Source of the DNA: Turneriella sp.
GTDB lineage: Bacteria; Spirochaetota; Leptospiria; Turneriellales; Turneriellaceae
Reading direction: 5' to 3'
DNA: 64,000 nucleotides
Assembly (NCBI GenBank): GCA_965279515.1
Contig: CBDIID010000003.1
Coordinates: 992,001-1,056,000 of the forward strand
A model generated the notes under the pieces. The model worked only from the letters and a program-made list of their open reading frames with translations. It ran no database searches and was not told the origin of the DNA. Of this stretch, positions 37,828 to 47,693 are shown one piece after another. A program made the translations under genes and the position numbers. How positions within the stretch are numbered: the first letter of the stretch is position 1; each line of letters starts with the position of its first letter.

Positions 37828-39351
37828 GTGAATAACGTGCATATAGCAATCGTCGACGTCGGCTCGAACAACATCAAACTCGAAATCTTCGAGCTGAATT
37901 CTGAAGGGCACTCACACCTCGTTTTCGCCGAAAAATTTCAGGCGCGGCTCGGCTCGGATGTCTTTCTGACACGTAAACTGAGGCCCGAAAGCGCAGAGAT
38001 CGCTGTCGAGGCTTTGAAGCAGATACGCCGCATTACGCAGGAATTCAAATGCAAGCAGACTGTCGCGATCGCGACAGCGGCGCTGCGCGAATGCGAGAGT
38101 GCCGAATTTATCGACCGCATTAAACGCGAGTCGGGTATAACCGTCCACGTTATCTCGGGCCTTGAAGAGGCGCGCTTCGTCTATAACGGCGTGCGCGCGC
38201 ATACTTCGCTGGGCGACAAAAATTATTTTATCAACGATATCGGCGGCGGGTCCACGGAAATCCTGGTCGCCAGCGACCAGAACATCCACTTCGTCGAAAG
38301 CCTGCGCCTGGGAACAGTGCGCCTAAGGGAAATGTTTGCCAGCGAGGCCAAGGATCTTGTGAAGCTGATTGACCGCTACGTTGCGCGCTCGGTCGAGCCT
38401 TACCTGGCCGATATCGCGCGGTTTAAGCCCGAAGCCGGCCTCTGCACGGGCGGTACCGCGCGCACGCTGCTTGAGGTGCTGCGCGAGATGGGTGTTTCAC
38501 TCAAAGAAGAACTGCGGCTGCCCTGTGTCGACACGCGTGATTTTGCCGAAGTCGTCGACCAACTTTCCGGCATGAGCAAAAAGGAACTCGCGCGGCTAAA
38601 GAGCATCGACGAGGGCAGACGCGATATTATCCTTCCGGGCGCGGCACTGCTGTTATCGCTACTGAAGCATACCAAGCTGAACCGCTTTTTGGTTTCTCCC
38701 AATGGCCTGCGTGACGGCGCGCTGGCCGACTATGTTTACAATAAGGTAAATAAGAATATTTACCTGAGAAGCCAGACGCAGTTTCGCGAAGCGGGACTGA
38801 CGACCATCGTCGATAAATATAAAATGGACCGCGAACATTCGCAGCACGTCGCGAATCTCGCCGTTCAGATTTTCGATATTTTTACCGAAGTGCACCGCCT
38901 GCCGCCCGAAACGCGCGATCTATTGAAAGCCGCCGCGATGCTGCACGATATCGGTAAATTTATCGATTATTCGCAGCACCATAAGCATGCGCTGTACATC
39001 CTCAGTAACATGAACCTGCCGGGTTATAACAACGACGAGCGCGATATCATCGCCCACACGGCGCGCTACCACCGCAAATCGAACCCCAAGGCCTCGCACC
39101 TCGAATACGAAAAGCTAACCGCGCGCAAACAGGAGATTATCCTCAAACTTTCGGTGATGCTGCGCCTGGCTGACAGCCTCGACCGCAGCTATTCGAGCTC
39201 GATCATCGGCCTCAAGGGACAAAAGATCGACGCAAAGACCTGGCGCATTGAATTCGATGCCAATGCCGACAGCCAGATGGAAAAATGGGCTTTCAACCGC
39301 AAAAAGGAGTTTTTTGAAAAAATCTTCGATACGCGTCTGGTGCTGGCCTGA
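37828..39351 (+). CDS. ppx: Ppx/GppA exopolyphosphatase with HD domain
   Basis: DVGSN, ATAALR, EEAR, DIGGGSTE, LHDIG. Confidence 0.95.
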   Translation: MNNVHIAIVDVGSNNIKLEIFELNSEGHSHLVFAEKFQARLGSDVFLTRKLRPESAEIAVEALKQIRRITQEFKCKQTVAIATAALRECESAEFIDRIKRESGITVHVISGLEEARFVYNGVRAHTSLGDKNYFINDIGGGSTEILVASDQNIHFVESLRLGTVRLREMFASEAKDLVKLIDRYVARSVEPYLADIARFKPEAGLCTGGTARTLLEVLREMGVSLKEELRLPCVDTRDFAEVVDQLSGMSKKELARLKSIDEGRRDIILPGAALLLSLLKHTKLNRFLVSPNGLRDGALADYVYNKVNKNIYLRSQTQFREAGLTTIVDKYKMDREHSQHVANLAVQIFDIFTEVHRLPPETRDLLKAAAMLHDIGKFIDYSQHHKHALYILSNMNLPGYNNDERDIIAHTARYHRKSNPKASHLEYEKLTARKQEIILKLSVMLRLADSLDRSYSSSIIGLKGQKIDAKTWRIEFDANADSQMEKWAFNRKKEFFEKIFDTRLVLA

Positions 39352-39391
39352 AAAACCTTTTCCAGCGTGTTTAGCCTGACGGTCCTGCCCT

Positions 39392-40435
39392 GTGGGTCTT
39401 GCACTCGCTTTTGAATCCAGCTGCGACGAAACAGGCGTAGCGCTCGTCGAAGACGGGCGGCGTGTTGTTACGGCGCCGCTTTTCAGCCAGATCGCCACAC
39501 ACCGGCCCTATGGCGGCATCGTGCCCGAATACGCAAGCCGCGCCCACCTCGAAAAATTTACGCAACTGACCGAAGAAATCCTGCGGCACCACGCCCTGAA
39601 ACCCGGTGATCTCGACTACGTGGCTGTCACGACGCGGCCTGGTCTCATCGGTGCGCTGCTGGTCGGCTACCAGAGCGCCACCGCGGCGGCCCGTTATTTC
39701 AAGACGCCGCTGATCGGCGTACACCACCTCGAAGCGCATCTTGCGGCGGTGCGCCTCTCGGGCATGGACATTCCCTACCCTGCACTCGGGCTCTTACTCT
39801 CCGGTGGCAACTCGGCGGTCTACCGCCTCGCCGCTCCGGGCAAAATTTACCTGGTCGGTGACACACTCGACGACGCGGCGGGTGAAGCGCTCGATAAGGC
39901 GGCGCAGATTTTGGGCTTTGGTTATCCCGGCGGCCCGCTGATCGAAAAAGCGGCAACGGCATACGCCGCTGCGCGGGGGATATCCCCCGGCGAAGAAGAC
40001 AAGCTCGGGAGTGAAAATATTTTCCCGGTGATTTTGAAAAGCCTGCCGCGCGAAAAGGTGGAGTTCAGCTTCAGCGGCATTAAGACTTCGCTGCTGAGGT
40101 ACCGCACCGACAATGCGCAGAGTGACGCGGACAAACTGGCGTTTTTCTACCAGGAAAGGATTGTCGAACATATTCTGCGCAACCTGAAACACGCTCTCGC
40201 GGCGCAGGGGCCATTGCCCGTCATCGCCGCGGGTGGCGTGCTCGCGAATAAAAGACTGCGCCGCGGCCTCGAACAAACCTGCGCCGCCGCGGGTGCGCAG
40301 CTGCTGATTCCTGAATTTAAATACTGCACCGATAACGCGGCTATGGTCGCAGCGGCGGCGCAGCTTTATTTTGAGAACGGCCTCACCTCGCCCTACGAAA
40401 ACGTCACTTCAGGGAATGCCTTCGTGGCAGTTTAA
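39392..40435 (+). CDS. tsaD: tRNA threonylcarbamoyltransferase TsaD
   Basis: ESSCDET, HHLEAH, DDAAGEA.DK, FSFSG.K, CTDNAAM. Confidence 0.96.
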   Translation: MGLALAFESSCDETGVALVEDGRRVVTAPLFSQIATHRPYGGIVPEYASRAHLEKFTQLTEEILRHHALKPGDLDYVAVTTRPGLIGALLVGYQSATAAARYFKTPLIGVHHLEAHLAAVRLSGMDIPYPALGLLLSGGNSAVYRLAAPGKIYLVGDTLDDAAGEALDKAAQILGFGYPGGPLIEKAATAYAAARGISPGEEDKLGSENIFPVILKSLPREKVEFSFSGIKTSLLRYRTDNAQSDADKLAFFYQERIVEHILRNLKHALAAQGPLPVIAAGGVLANKRLRRGLEQTCAAAGAQLLIPEFKYCTDNAAMVAAAAQLYFENGLTSPYENVTSGNAFVAV

Positions 40436-40496
40436 TATGGCAGGCATAAGACCCGGCGACGGAAAATTCCCGGCTTTTTGCCGCAAGATAGCGGGC

Positions 40497-41492
40497 ATGG
40501 AAAAAAATCCCGCATTTGTTTTTTACGTCGGTGAAAACGCCGAGGAACTCGAAGAGCTGGTCAAAACCGTGCGCGAGAAACTCGTCAAGGCCTACGGCAC
40601 TTGCGACGAAGTGCATCTCTCGGGCCTCGATAACGAAGTCTCGAGCTGGCACGCCGAGATGATGACGATGCCGATGTTCCCCAGCGGCCGTTTGATTCTG
40701 ATACGCCACGCTGAGGCATTACTGAAGCGCATCGAAGGCCAGGCGAAGGTGCTTGCCAACTACCTGCACGATACGGCTGCAGCCCCGGATTTTACGGTAT
40801 CGATACTGCAATTTAAGGAAAAAAAACTCGGCAAAAAAATCCAGCCGCTCGAAGAGCTGGCCTTAGTCTACGAGGAAATCCCCCTTGGCCCCGGCGAGAT
40901 CGCCGAACACATCGCCGAACGCGCCGCGGCGCTGGGCTATAAGATCGACCGCGACACCATCGAGCTCATTGTTGAAAAATCGGCCGGTGCACAGAAAACG
41001 GCGTTCGCCAATTTCGACCGACTTTTAACATTCCGCCTGCACGAAAAAGAGATCCGGGTCGAAGATGTCGAAGAAGTCGTCGGGCAGTCAGACAGCAATC
41101 TGCACTTCCGCCTCATCGACGAAACCGCGCGGCGCAATATCGCCGAATGCCTGCGCATTCTCGAGGTACATGCGCTCGACGAAGCCGAGTTACTGATCGG
41201 CGCGCTGATTCGCCTGTTCAGCGAATCGCTGCGCCACCACTATTACCGCGCATCAGGAATGGAGCTGAATGAAATCGGGCAGATCATCGCGACGCGGCCG
41301 CTGACTGGTTATCCGCTGAAGAAAAGCGCCGAACGCTGGACGATTCTCGTACAGAAATACTCCCCCGCAGGTATCAAACTGATTATGGACGCGCTGCTCA
41401 AGGCCGACCAGCTCTGCAAAGAGATCCGCGATGCGACACAACAGCAGGTGATTTTAACGAGTTTTTATCTGATGTTATCCAGGGCAGTTTAA
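40497..41492 (+). CDS. holA: DNA polymerase III delta subunit
   Basis: YVGEN, PMFPSGRLILIR, I..EDVEEVV, LLKADQLCK. Confidence 0.85.
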   Translation: MEKNPAFVFYVGENAEELEELVKTVREKLVKAYGTCDEVHLSGLDNEVSSWHAEMMTMPMFPSGRLILIRHAEALLKRIEGQAKVLANYLHDTAAAPDFTVSILQFKEKKLGKKIQPLEELALVYEEIPLGPGEIAEHIAERAAALGYKIDRDTIELIVEKSAGAQKTAFANFDRLLTFRLHEKEIRVEDVEEVVGQSDSNLHFRLIDETARRNIAECLRILEVHALDEAELLIGALIRLFSESLRHHYYRASGMELNEIGQIIATRPLTGYPLKKSAERWTILVQKYSPAGIKLIMDALLKADQLCKEIRDATQQQVILTSFYLMLSRAV

Positions 41493-41633
41493 GAGGCTGT
41501 GTTAAAACGCGCCAGAAAGCCGGAAGCCTCGGCGTTTGCTCAGGCAAACGCCTGCTAAAGCGGCCGGAACGGCCTGCTTCCGTCTTTCTGCCGTGCCTTT
41601 TGGGCACGGTTCGCGCATTTTCACGCAGCCTCT
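41492..41633. mobile_element. Putative 142-bp MITE or structured non-autonomous element
   Basis: Terminal inverted repeats AGAGGCTGTGTTAAAACGCG and (reverse complement) AGAGGCTGCGTGAAAATGCG, 17/20; nested internal stems; no clear target-site duplication. Confidence 0.6.
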
Positions 41634-41653
41634 GCGAGCGTGTAACGCACGCT

Positions 41654-42292
41654 CTAAACAATATTAAAGTATTCGAAAATTTTCGGCGAGAACGAGATAT
41701 ACTGTTTGCCTGCGACGTCTTTGCGGATGTGCAGCAGGTTCTGGTTACGCAATTTCAGCAGGCTGCCGTTGGCATCTTCGACGGTGATGCCATAGGTCTT
41801 TTTCAGGTATTCGCAAAAGCCCATGTAGGGCAGGAGCAGAATTTCACCCGAGGCATCCTTATGCCCTTCAAGGTTCCAGAACGCCGACATCGCCTTGAGA
41901 ACCCGCGTCTCCTTGCTGAAAACCAGCAGCTCGCTGATCTGGTTATCGGCGTTTCTCAGGCGTTCGCAGAGCTTGCGGATCATGTTGACCGCAAACGACG
42001 TATTGCTGTTAACCATATAATCGAACGATTTTTTATCGATTCTCAGGATAATACTTTCGACGGCAACGGTCGCAGTGGCAGAGCGCGCTGAATCAGTGAA
42101 AAGCGCCATCTCGCCGAAAAATTCCCCGTCGCGCAGCGTCGCGAGAATCTGCTCGGCATTGCGCGCGCGCTTGGAAATATTCACCTGTCCCTGGTGGATG
42201 ATGAACATCTCTTCGGCGTGATCGCCTTCCTTGAAAATTGTCTGACCGGAATTGTAGGTAGAACCGAATCTTTTAACGAGTTCAGCGCTCAT
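41654..42292 (-). CDS. Crp/Fnr-type cyclic-nucleotide-binding protein
   Basis: IFKEGD, GEFFGEMAL, RSATA. Confidence 0.9.
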   Translation of the reverse strand: MSAELVKRFGSTYNSGQTIFKEGDHAEEMFIIHQGQVNISKRARNAEQILATLRDGEFFGEMALFTDSARSATATVAVESIILRIDKKSFDYMVNSNTSFAVNMIRKLCERLRNADNQISELLVFSKETRVLKAMSAFWNLEGHKDASGEILLLPYMGFCEYLKKTYGITVEDANGSLLKLRNQNLLHIRKDVAGKQYISFSPKIFEYFNIV

Positions 42293-42513
42293 GGGCTCTT
42301 CATTACATCATCGACGGCAGAAAGGACGCTCTTAAATTTTTCAAATTGCTCGTAACTTAAGGCAACGCCTTTCTTGGTCGGCGCCAGCTCGCCCGCCTCG
42401 TTGGTATACCAGGTGCGTATATGCAGCAGCTTCTTACCCTTGAATTCCCCGACCTCAACGCGGATGACTTCGCCGCGTCCCTTTTCAATATCGATCAATA
42501 CTTTATTTTCCAT
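42289..42513 (-). CDS. PC4/YdbC family ssDNA-binding protein
   Basis: EFKGKKLLHIRTWY...PTKKGVAL. Confidence 0.9.
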   Translation of the reverse strand: MENKVLIDIEKGRGEVIRVEVGEFKGKKLLHIRTWYTNEAGELAPTKKGVALSYEQFEKFKSVLSAVDDVMKSP

Positions 42514-42521
42514 GGTACATC

Positions 42522-43514
42522 CTATAAGGGTAAAACGGGAATCTTTTTCTTCAGGTTACCCTTGATTTTTCTTGTAATCGCCCCCCTGAAATCGGCGGCA
42601 AAGGTTTTGGCGAGTTTTGCCTCAGGTGCAAGCGTCTTAAAACTGAAACTGAAGAGCCCGGGGCTGTCTTCGACCATCGGCCACATATTTTCCGGTGTGA
42701 GTTTCAGGAGCGGCATATTATAAAGCGGTTCTCCCGTCAGCTTCATGTGCCTGAGATCGATGGCAGTATAAAGTGTCCAGTCGCCGCGGCGGATATCCGC
42801 TGAAATGCGGAGCTCTGCATCGCCGGCAAGCACCCTGAACTTTTTGCTGCTCAACTTTGTGTGCTTTTCGAGGCGATTGAGTTTCACCGTTGCCATAATC
42901 TCGCCGTCGCTGAGGCGCATCGCCTCGGTACCCTTTACGAAGGCCAGTGCAATTTTTTTTGCATCAGCGGAGAGCCTCGCATTTTCGGCGTGCATCTTTT
43001 CAAATTGCACCACGGTCGCGCCGTGTTCATTCTCACGCACCGAAAAAATCGTTTGGATAGTGACATCGCCCACCTCAGGAACGGGCACAATGCCGTCGCT
43101 GACCTGCACCTTAAGCCCCTCAGGCCCCACCCCGTCGCCGAGGCGGAGATCCGGCTTATCGCCCGGCTTCACGAAGCAGCCGCGCCTCAGCGCATCGCTC
43201 TTCACGGTGACCGCCTTTACCTGGAGTTCCGTGAGTTTACGCTCTTTCAGCCGGAATTTGCCCGTCGCTTCGGCGACCTCGAGCACCACCTTGCCTTCGC
43301 AGGTGGTGCCGGGCTTGCCCATCACCTTCGCGCCCGTCATCACAAAAGCCTGGTTGAGAAACGAGACTGACAGCTTTTCGACGGTAATCTCTTTCGGCAG
43401 GCGCGAGAGCAGATATGCCTCGACACGGAAAATAAACCACAGCAGCAGCGCCGTGACGATGACGGCAAACGAAGCGACAAAAAGTTTAAGATAAAAACGG
43501 AAACGGGATTTCAC
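42522..43514 (-). CDS. Membrane-anchored beta-rich protein (AsmA/DUF748-like)
   Basis: N-terminal TM anchor followed by repeated beta-strands. Confidence 0.5.
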   Translation of the reverse strand: MKSRFRFYLKLFVASFAVIVTALLLWFIFRVEAYLLSRLPKEITVEKLSVSFLNQAFVMTGAKVMGKPGTTCEGKVVLEVAEATGKFRLKERKLTELQVKAVTVKSDALRRGCFVKPGDKPDLRLGDGVGPEGLKVQVSDGIVPVPEVGDVTIQTIFSVRENEHGATVVQFEKMHAENARLSADAKKIALAFVKGTEAMRLSDGEIMATVKLNRLEKHTKLSSKKFRVLAGDAELRISADIRRGDWTLYTAIDLRHMKLTGEPLYNMPLLKLTPENMWPMVEDSPGLFSFSFKTLAPEAKLAKTFAADFRGAITRKIKGNLKKKIPVLPL

Positions 43515-43523
43515 GCGCGCATC

Positions 43524-43856
43524 TCAACCCGGAGGCCAGCCCATATGGCGCCCGGAGAGAATATGCCAGTGCAGGTGATAGACGGTCTGCCCGCCGTGCT
43601 CCCCGGTATTGGAGACGAGGCGGAAGCCCTTTTCAAGCTTCTCGTCCGCGACGATCTTGCGCATCGCCGCAAGCATGTGTATTGCGGTATCGTCTGCCAG
43701 ATCCAGGATATTTTCCATGTGCGTCCGGGGGATGAGGAGTATGTGTGTGGGTGCAACGGGATTGATGTCGCGGAAGGCAAGCACGTGCTCGTCTTCATAG
43801 ACTATTTTCGCGTGGATTTTTTTCTCCGCGATCTTGCAGAACAGGCAATCACTCAT
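43524..43856 (-). CDS. Histidine triad nucleotide-binding protein
   Basis: CLFCKI, AFRDINP, HLHWH. Confidence 0.96.
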   Translation of the reverse strand: MSDCLFCKIAEKKIHAKIVYEDEHVLAFRDINPVAPTHILLIPRTHMENILDLADDTAIHMLAAMRKIVADEKLEKGFRLVSNTGEHGGQTVYHLHWHILSGRHMGWPPG

Positions 43857-45384
43857 ATGGCTCCTCAGCGTGGTTCATCCGTTTCTCGACAATGCCGGGC
43901 CGGATGCCGAGCATCTCGTAGCGTTGCTCTTCGTAGTAAAGAAGAATATCGCGCGCACCGATACGGCCGAGTTCGCCCTCGACATAGGGGCTGCCGTAGA
44001 GCTGGATTATCTTCTCGGCGCGCCGCATCTCTGCCCATTCGCCTCCCATTTTTGTCGGGTTGGAATTTTTGCCCTTTGAAAACTGGAGAATCTGCACATT
44101 GCCGCGCGCCTGCGGGTGCGCTTTTGTCGTTGCCCGGGTAACACTCGCGCCCAGGATCTCGGCCGTCGGTTCCATCTTCTTATTATGCAGGATCGTCCGC
44201 GTACGGGCATTTTTGCGCGCCGTCAGAGACATATACCCCGAGGCCTTAACCCATTCGAAAAAATCGCCGTACGATTTACTGTTCTCCTCACGGTTGATGA
44301 GAATAACGTGATCCTTTCCTTTCACGAGCTCGCCGCCGGAACCGAAGATCTCTGCCTCGTCGCTGTAGGCAGAATATTTTTTCCGTTCGAGTGAAACTTT
44401 TTTCCGCAGCGTGAGTTTCTGTCCGTACGGCAGGTCTTCACGCTGGATAAGCGTGCCCTCTTCCGAGCGAACCGCAGAATCCACGGGATTTTTAGCGGCG
44501 GCAGATTTCTTTTTCGCGGGCGCAGATTCGGGATCTTCTTCCCCGTCGGGCCGGCTGAAATAAGCGCGCACATGGCCGTGAAAATCGGCCGTATTCGTGG
44601 CGATATTCCACTGGATCGAATCGGCAAGAAAAAGATCGGCGGCTGTGAAGATCCGCGGATTGGATTCGGAGCGCATCAGGTCTTCAGGCTCGATAAACTC
44701 CGCCTGGTTGGCATAGAGCACGCTGTTTTCAGATGTTGCCACGACATTGCCGCGGGCAATCGAAACCGAGGTCTCAAAATTCCTTTCCATTTCATGCGAA
44801 GTGATAGTAATTTTTTCTTTCTTGGCACCTTTCGCGGATTTTTTTTTGTTCTTCACTTTCGCCACAAGCCGGGCATTACCCCGGACGACCGCACGGTTCT
44901 CGGCGCGTATAAAGAGCGCTTCGTCGGCGTTGATTCGCGTGTCGTCGCGCGTATCGATAATCTCGACCGGGCCCCTGGCATAGGCATAACGCCCGTCGTC
45001 GCCATAGATTTCGATGTGCGGCGAAGCCATGCGCAGGTTTTTCGAAGAAACCTTCGCGTGGCCTTTGAGACGCATGATTGTATCATTTTTTTTCTCAAAA
45101 GGATTCATGCCCGTTTCTTTGACAAATTCGTCGCCGCTGAAGTTGAAACGGCCGCTTTTCTTTTTGGTGTTTTTTTTCATCGCCGGCGGTTGCGACTTCA
45201 GACTACCGGGCTTCTCCGACGGTTTTCCGGCTTCGGGTATTTCGGGTTTGTTTTCAGGCGGCAGAATTTCTGCCGCGGCAACAGGTTTTGTTTCGGCTTC
45301 TGCGGCTATACGCACCTGTTTACTGCCGCAAGCGATGAGCACAACGCCAACCGCGAGCCCCAGTAGAAGACGCTTACAGATCAT
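43849..45384 (-). CDS. LptA/OstA-like lipoprotein with multiple beta-jellyroll repeats
   Basis: Lipobox LIAC; repeated ARGPV/ARGNV/LYGSP strand motifs. Confidence 0.7.
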   Translation of the reverse strand: MICKRLLLGLAVGVVLIACGSKQVRIAAEAETKPVAAAEILPPENKPEIPEAGKPSEKPGSLKSQPPAMKKNTKKKSGRFNFSGDEFVKETGMNPFEKKNDTIMRLKGHAKVSSKNLRMASPHIEIYGDDGRYAYARGPVEIIDTRDDTRINADEALFIRAENRAVVRGNARLVAKVKNKKKSAKGAKKEKITITSHEMERNFETSVSIARGNVVATSENSVLYANQAEFIEPEDLMRSESNPRIFTAADLFLADSIQWNIATNTADFHGHVRAYFSRPDGEEDPESAPAKKKSAAAKNPVDSAVRSEEGTLIQREDLPYGQKLTLRKKVSLERKKYSAYSDEAEIFGSGGELVKGKDHVILINREENSKSYGDFFEWVKASGYMSLTARKNARTRTILHNKKMEPTAEILGASVTRATTKAHPQARGNVQILQFSKGKNSNPTKMGGEWAEMRRAEKIIQLYGSPYVEGELGRIGARDILLYYEEQRYEMLGIRPGIVEKRMNHAEEPYE

Positions 45385-46690
45385 CGGATGTTATCAGCCG
45401 CACCGTGCGGCTGTTCGTGACATAACCGTACATCCACAAAATCATGACGGCAAAACGGTTACGGAAACCCACCAGGTAGAGAATATGGATGAGCGACCAC
45501 ATCAGCCAGGCGATGAGGCCGGTAAAATGCGCGCGGCCGATTTTCGCCACGGCGCGGCCGCGGCCAATCGTCGCCATCGAACCCTTGTCCCAGTAATGGA
45601 AAGGCGGGATGGATTTTTGTTTGAGTTCGGCTTTGATCTTTTTCGCGAGATATTGCCCCTGCTGTATCGCCACGGGTGCAATACCGGGCAGAGGTTGTCC
45701 CGTGGCCGTTTCAATACAATGCGCCGCATCGCCGATGACAGAGATCTCGGGATATTCCGCCAGCGACAGATCAGAACCGACGACAGCGCGCCCTGCGCGG
45801 TCGAGCGGCGTGCCCAGGGTTTTCAGCAGGGTTGCGGCAGTATTACCCGCCGCCCAGAATATATTGGCGGTGGAAACAAGTTCATCGCCGATCTGCACGC
45901 CGTCGAACATGACATTCTTCACTGCCACGCCGGTTCTCACTTCAACCCCAAGCCGCGTCAAAGCCTTCTCGGCGCTCTTGCCGAGCGACCCCGGAAACGC
46001 CATCAGCAGGTGTTCGCCACCTTCCACAAGTATAATGCGCGTCGTATCGGGGTTAATCCCCCGGAATTCTTTGCGCAGCGTATGGTGCGCAATCTCGGCA
46101 ATCGAGCCTGCCAGTTCAACCCCGGTCGGCCCGCCGCCGACGATGACGAATGTCAGGAGCTTTGTCAGCTCTGCTTTGTCTTCTTTGCCGATCGCCAGCA
46201 TCGCCTCGGCCTTCTCGAAAGTCGCGAGAATTTTCTGGCGGATGCGCAGCGCGTCGGCGAGGTTTTTAAGCCCGGGCGCATTTTTCTCCCACTCATTACG
46301 CCCGAAATAGGAATGGCGTGCTCCCGCGGCAATGACGAGGCGGTCATAAGAGAATTCATCTCCCGAAACCAGGCGGATTTTTTTCTCCTTCGGTAATATA
46401 TCACCCACGCGGTTCATCAGCACACGCACGTTTTTCTGCGAACGGAAGATAGCCCGAAGCGGCATCGCAATATGCCCCGGCGACAGCGCGGCAGTGGCGA
46501 CCTGGTACAGCAGCGGCTGAAAAAGATGGTGGTTCGCCTTATCGATCAGAGTGATATTGATATCGGCCCGCCCCAGGCGCTTGGCCAGAGTCAGGCCGCC
46601 AAAACCACCGCCGACAATCACGAGGTGCGGTTTATCAAAACCGGCATCTTCGGGATGAGCGGCTATGGGGGGCCAGTTATTCCCGGGCAT
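45374..46690 (-). CDS. ndh: Type II NADH dehydrogenase (NDH-2)
   Basis: GGGFGG, FQPLLYQVAT, GGGPTGVELAG, WAAG, KGSMATIGR. Confidence 0.93.
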   Translation of the reverse strand: MPGNNWPPIAAHPEDAGFDKPHLVIVGGGFGGLTLAKRLGRADINITLIDKANHHLFQPLLYQVATAALSPGHIAMPLRAIFRSQKNVRVLMNRVGDILPKEKKIRLVSGDEFSYDRLVIAAGARHSYFGRNEWEKNAPGLKNLADALRIRQKILATFEKAEAMLAIGKEDKAELTKLLTFVIVGGGPTGVELAGSIAEIAHHTLRKEFRGINPDTTRIILVEGGEHLLMAFPGSLGKSAEKALTRLGVEVRTGVAVKNVMFDGVQIGDELVSTANIFWAAGNTAATLLKTLGTPLDRAGRAVVGSDLSLAEYPEISVIGDAAHCIETATGQPLPGIAPVAIQQGQYLAKKIKAELKQKSIPPFHYWDKGSMATIGRGRAVAKIGRAHFTGLIAWLMWSLIHILYLVGFRNRFAVMILWMYGYVTNSRTVRLITSDDL

Positions 46691-46705
46691 GCGCTACTGG
46701 GCGTT

Positions 46706-47587
46706 TCAGAAATAGCCCGGCAAGAGGCTATTGTATTTTTTGCGCAGTGCCGCGGGGCGTTTATCGGGCGCCGTCATGATACCGAATTTCACGGAACCTG
46801 TTAGAGTATTGAGGCTGCCTTTTTTGGCGATGAGGCCCGCCATCGCAGCCTTCAGCACACGCTGTGCATTTTCAGAATTTTTTTTCACGACGGCCATGAC
46901 CTCTTCAACGGTCACTGCATGGTCATGGTCGCGCCAGGAATCGTAGTCAGTCGCCATACAGATCATCTGGTATGGCAGTTCGAGCTCGCGCGCGAGCTTC
47001 GCTTCAGGCAACACGCTCATATTGATGATGCCCGCGCCCCAGGATTTATAGAGTTTTGATTCGGCGCGCGTCGAGAACTGTGGTCCCTCCATACAGATCA
47101 GGGTCTCGTTTTCATGGTGCGGCAGGTTGAGGCTCTGGATCGCCTGCTTCAGAATCGCAGCCAGCCCGGCATCCATAGGGTCGCCAAAGGAGACGTGCAC
47201 AACAATACCTTCATCAAAATAGGTGTCGCGGCGGTGGCGCGTGCGGTCGATGATCTGGCTCGGCAGCACAAAATGCCCCGGTGGGATTTCCTCTTTAAGA
47301 GAACCTACTGCCGAAAAGGCCACCACGGCTTCACAGCCGAGCATTTTCAGCGCCGCGAGATTGGCATGCGCCGGTATCTTCGTCGGCGGAATAAAGTGGC
47401 CCTTGCCGTGGCGCGGTAAAAAAGCCAGTGTTAAAGACTTACCACCCTCTTCATAAGAAGCCAGAGTAATTTCGTCGGAGGGATTGCCCCAGGGCGTTTT
47501 CACGCGGATCTTTTCAATAATTTTCATGCCTTCGACGCCATAGACGCCGGTGCCGCCGATGATGCCAATATCTGCCTTGTGTTTCAT
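46706..47587 (-). CDS. mtnP: S-methyl-5'-thioadenosine phosphorylase
   Basis: GIIGGTG, PRHG, EGPQFSTRAES, TDYD. Confidence 0.95.
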   Translation of the reverse strand: MKHKADIGIIGGTGVYGVEGMKIIEKIRVKTPWGNPSDEITLASYEEGGKSLTLAFLPRHGKGHFIPPTKIPAHANLAALKMLGCEAVVAFSAVGSLKEEIPPGHFVLPSQIIDRTRHRRDTYFDEGIVVHVSFGDPMDAGLAAILKQAIQSLNLPHHENETLICMEGPQFSTRAESKLYKSWGAGIINMSVLPEAKLARELELPYQMICMATDYDSWRDHDHAVTVEEVMAVVKKNSENAQRVLKAAMAGLIAKKGSLNTLTGSVKFGIMTAPDKRPAALRKKYNSLLPGYF

Positions 47588-47588
47588 A

Positions 47589-47693
47589 CCTCTCCTCCGC
47601 GCAAAGCGCCGACCCTCCCCACTACGTGGAAAGGGTAGTAAGCCAATTTTTCCCCCCTCTCCACATTTGTGGGGAGGGGGACAGGGGGTGGGG
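47589..47693. repeat. C/G-rich palindromic REP-like doublet (CCCTCTCC...GGGAGGGG...GGGGGTGGGG type)
   Basis: Hairpins ACCCTCCCCAC-TAC-GTGGAAAGGGT and CCCCCTCTCCACA-TT-TGTGGGGAGGGGG, in inverted orientation. Confidence 0.7.

Noticed and set aside
45014..46396. 460-aa plus-strand ORF
   Set aside because: Antisense shadow of ndh and the lptA-like gene, with no motifs. The same applies to the other long antisense ORFs, e.g. 23978-24946, 28850-29620 and 44572-45366.
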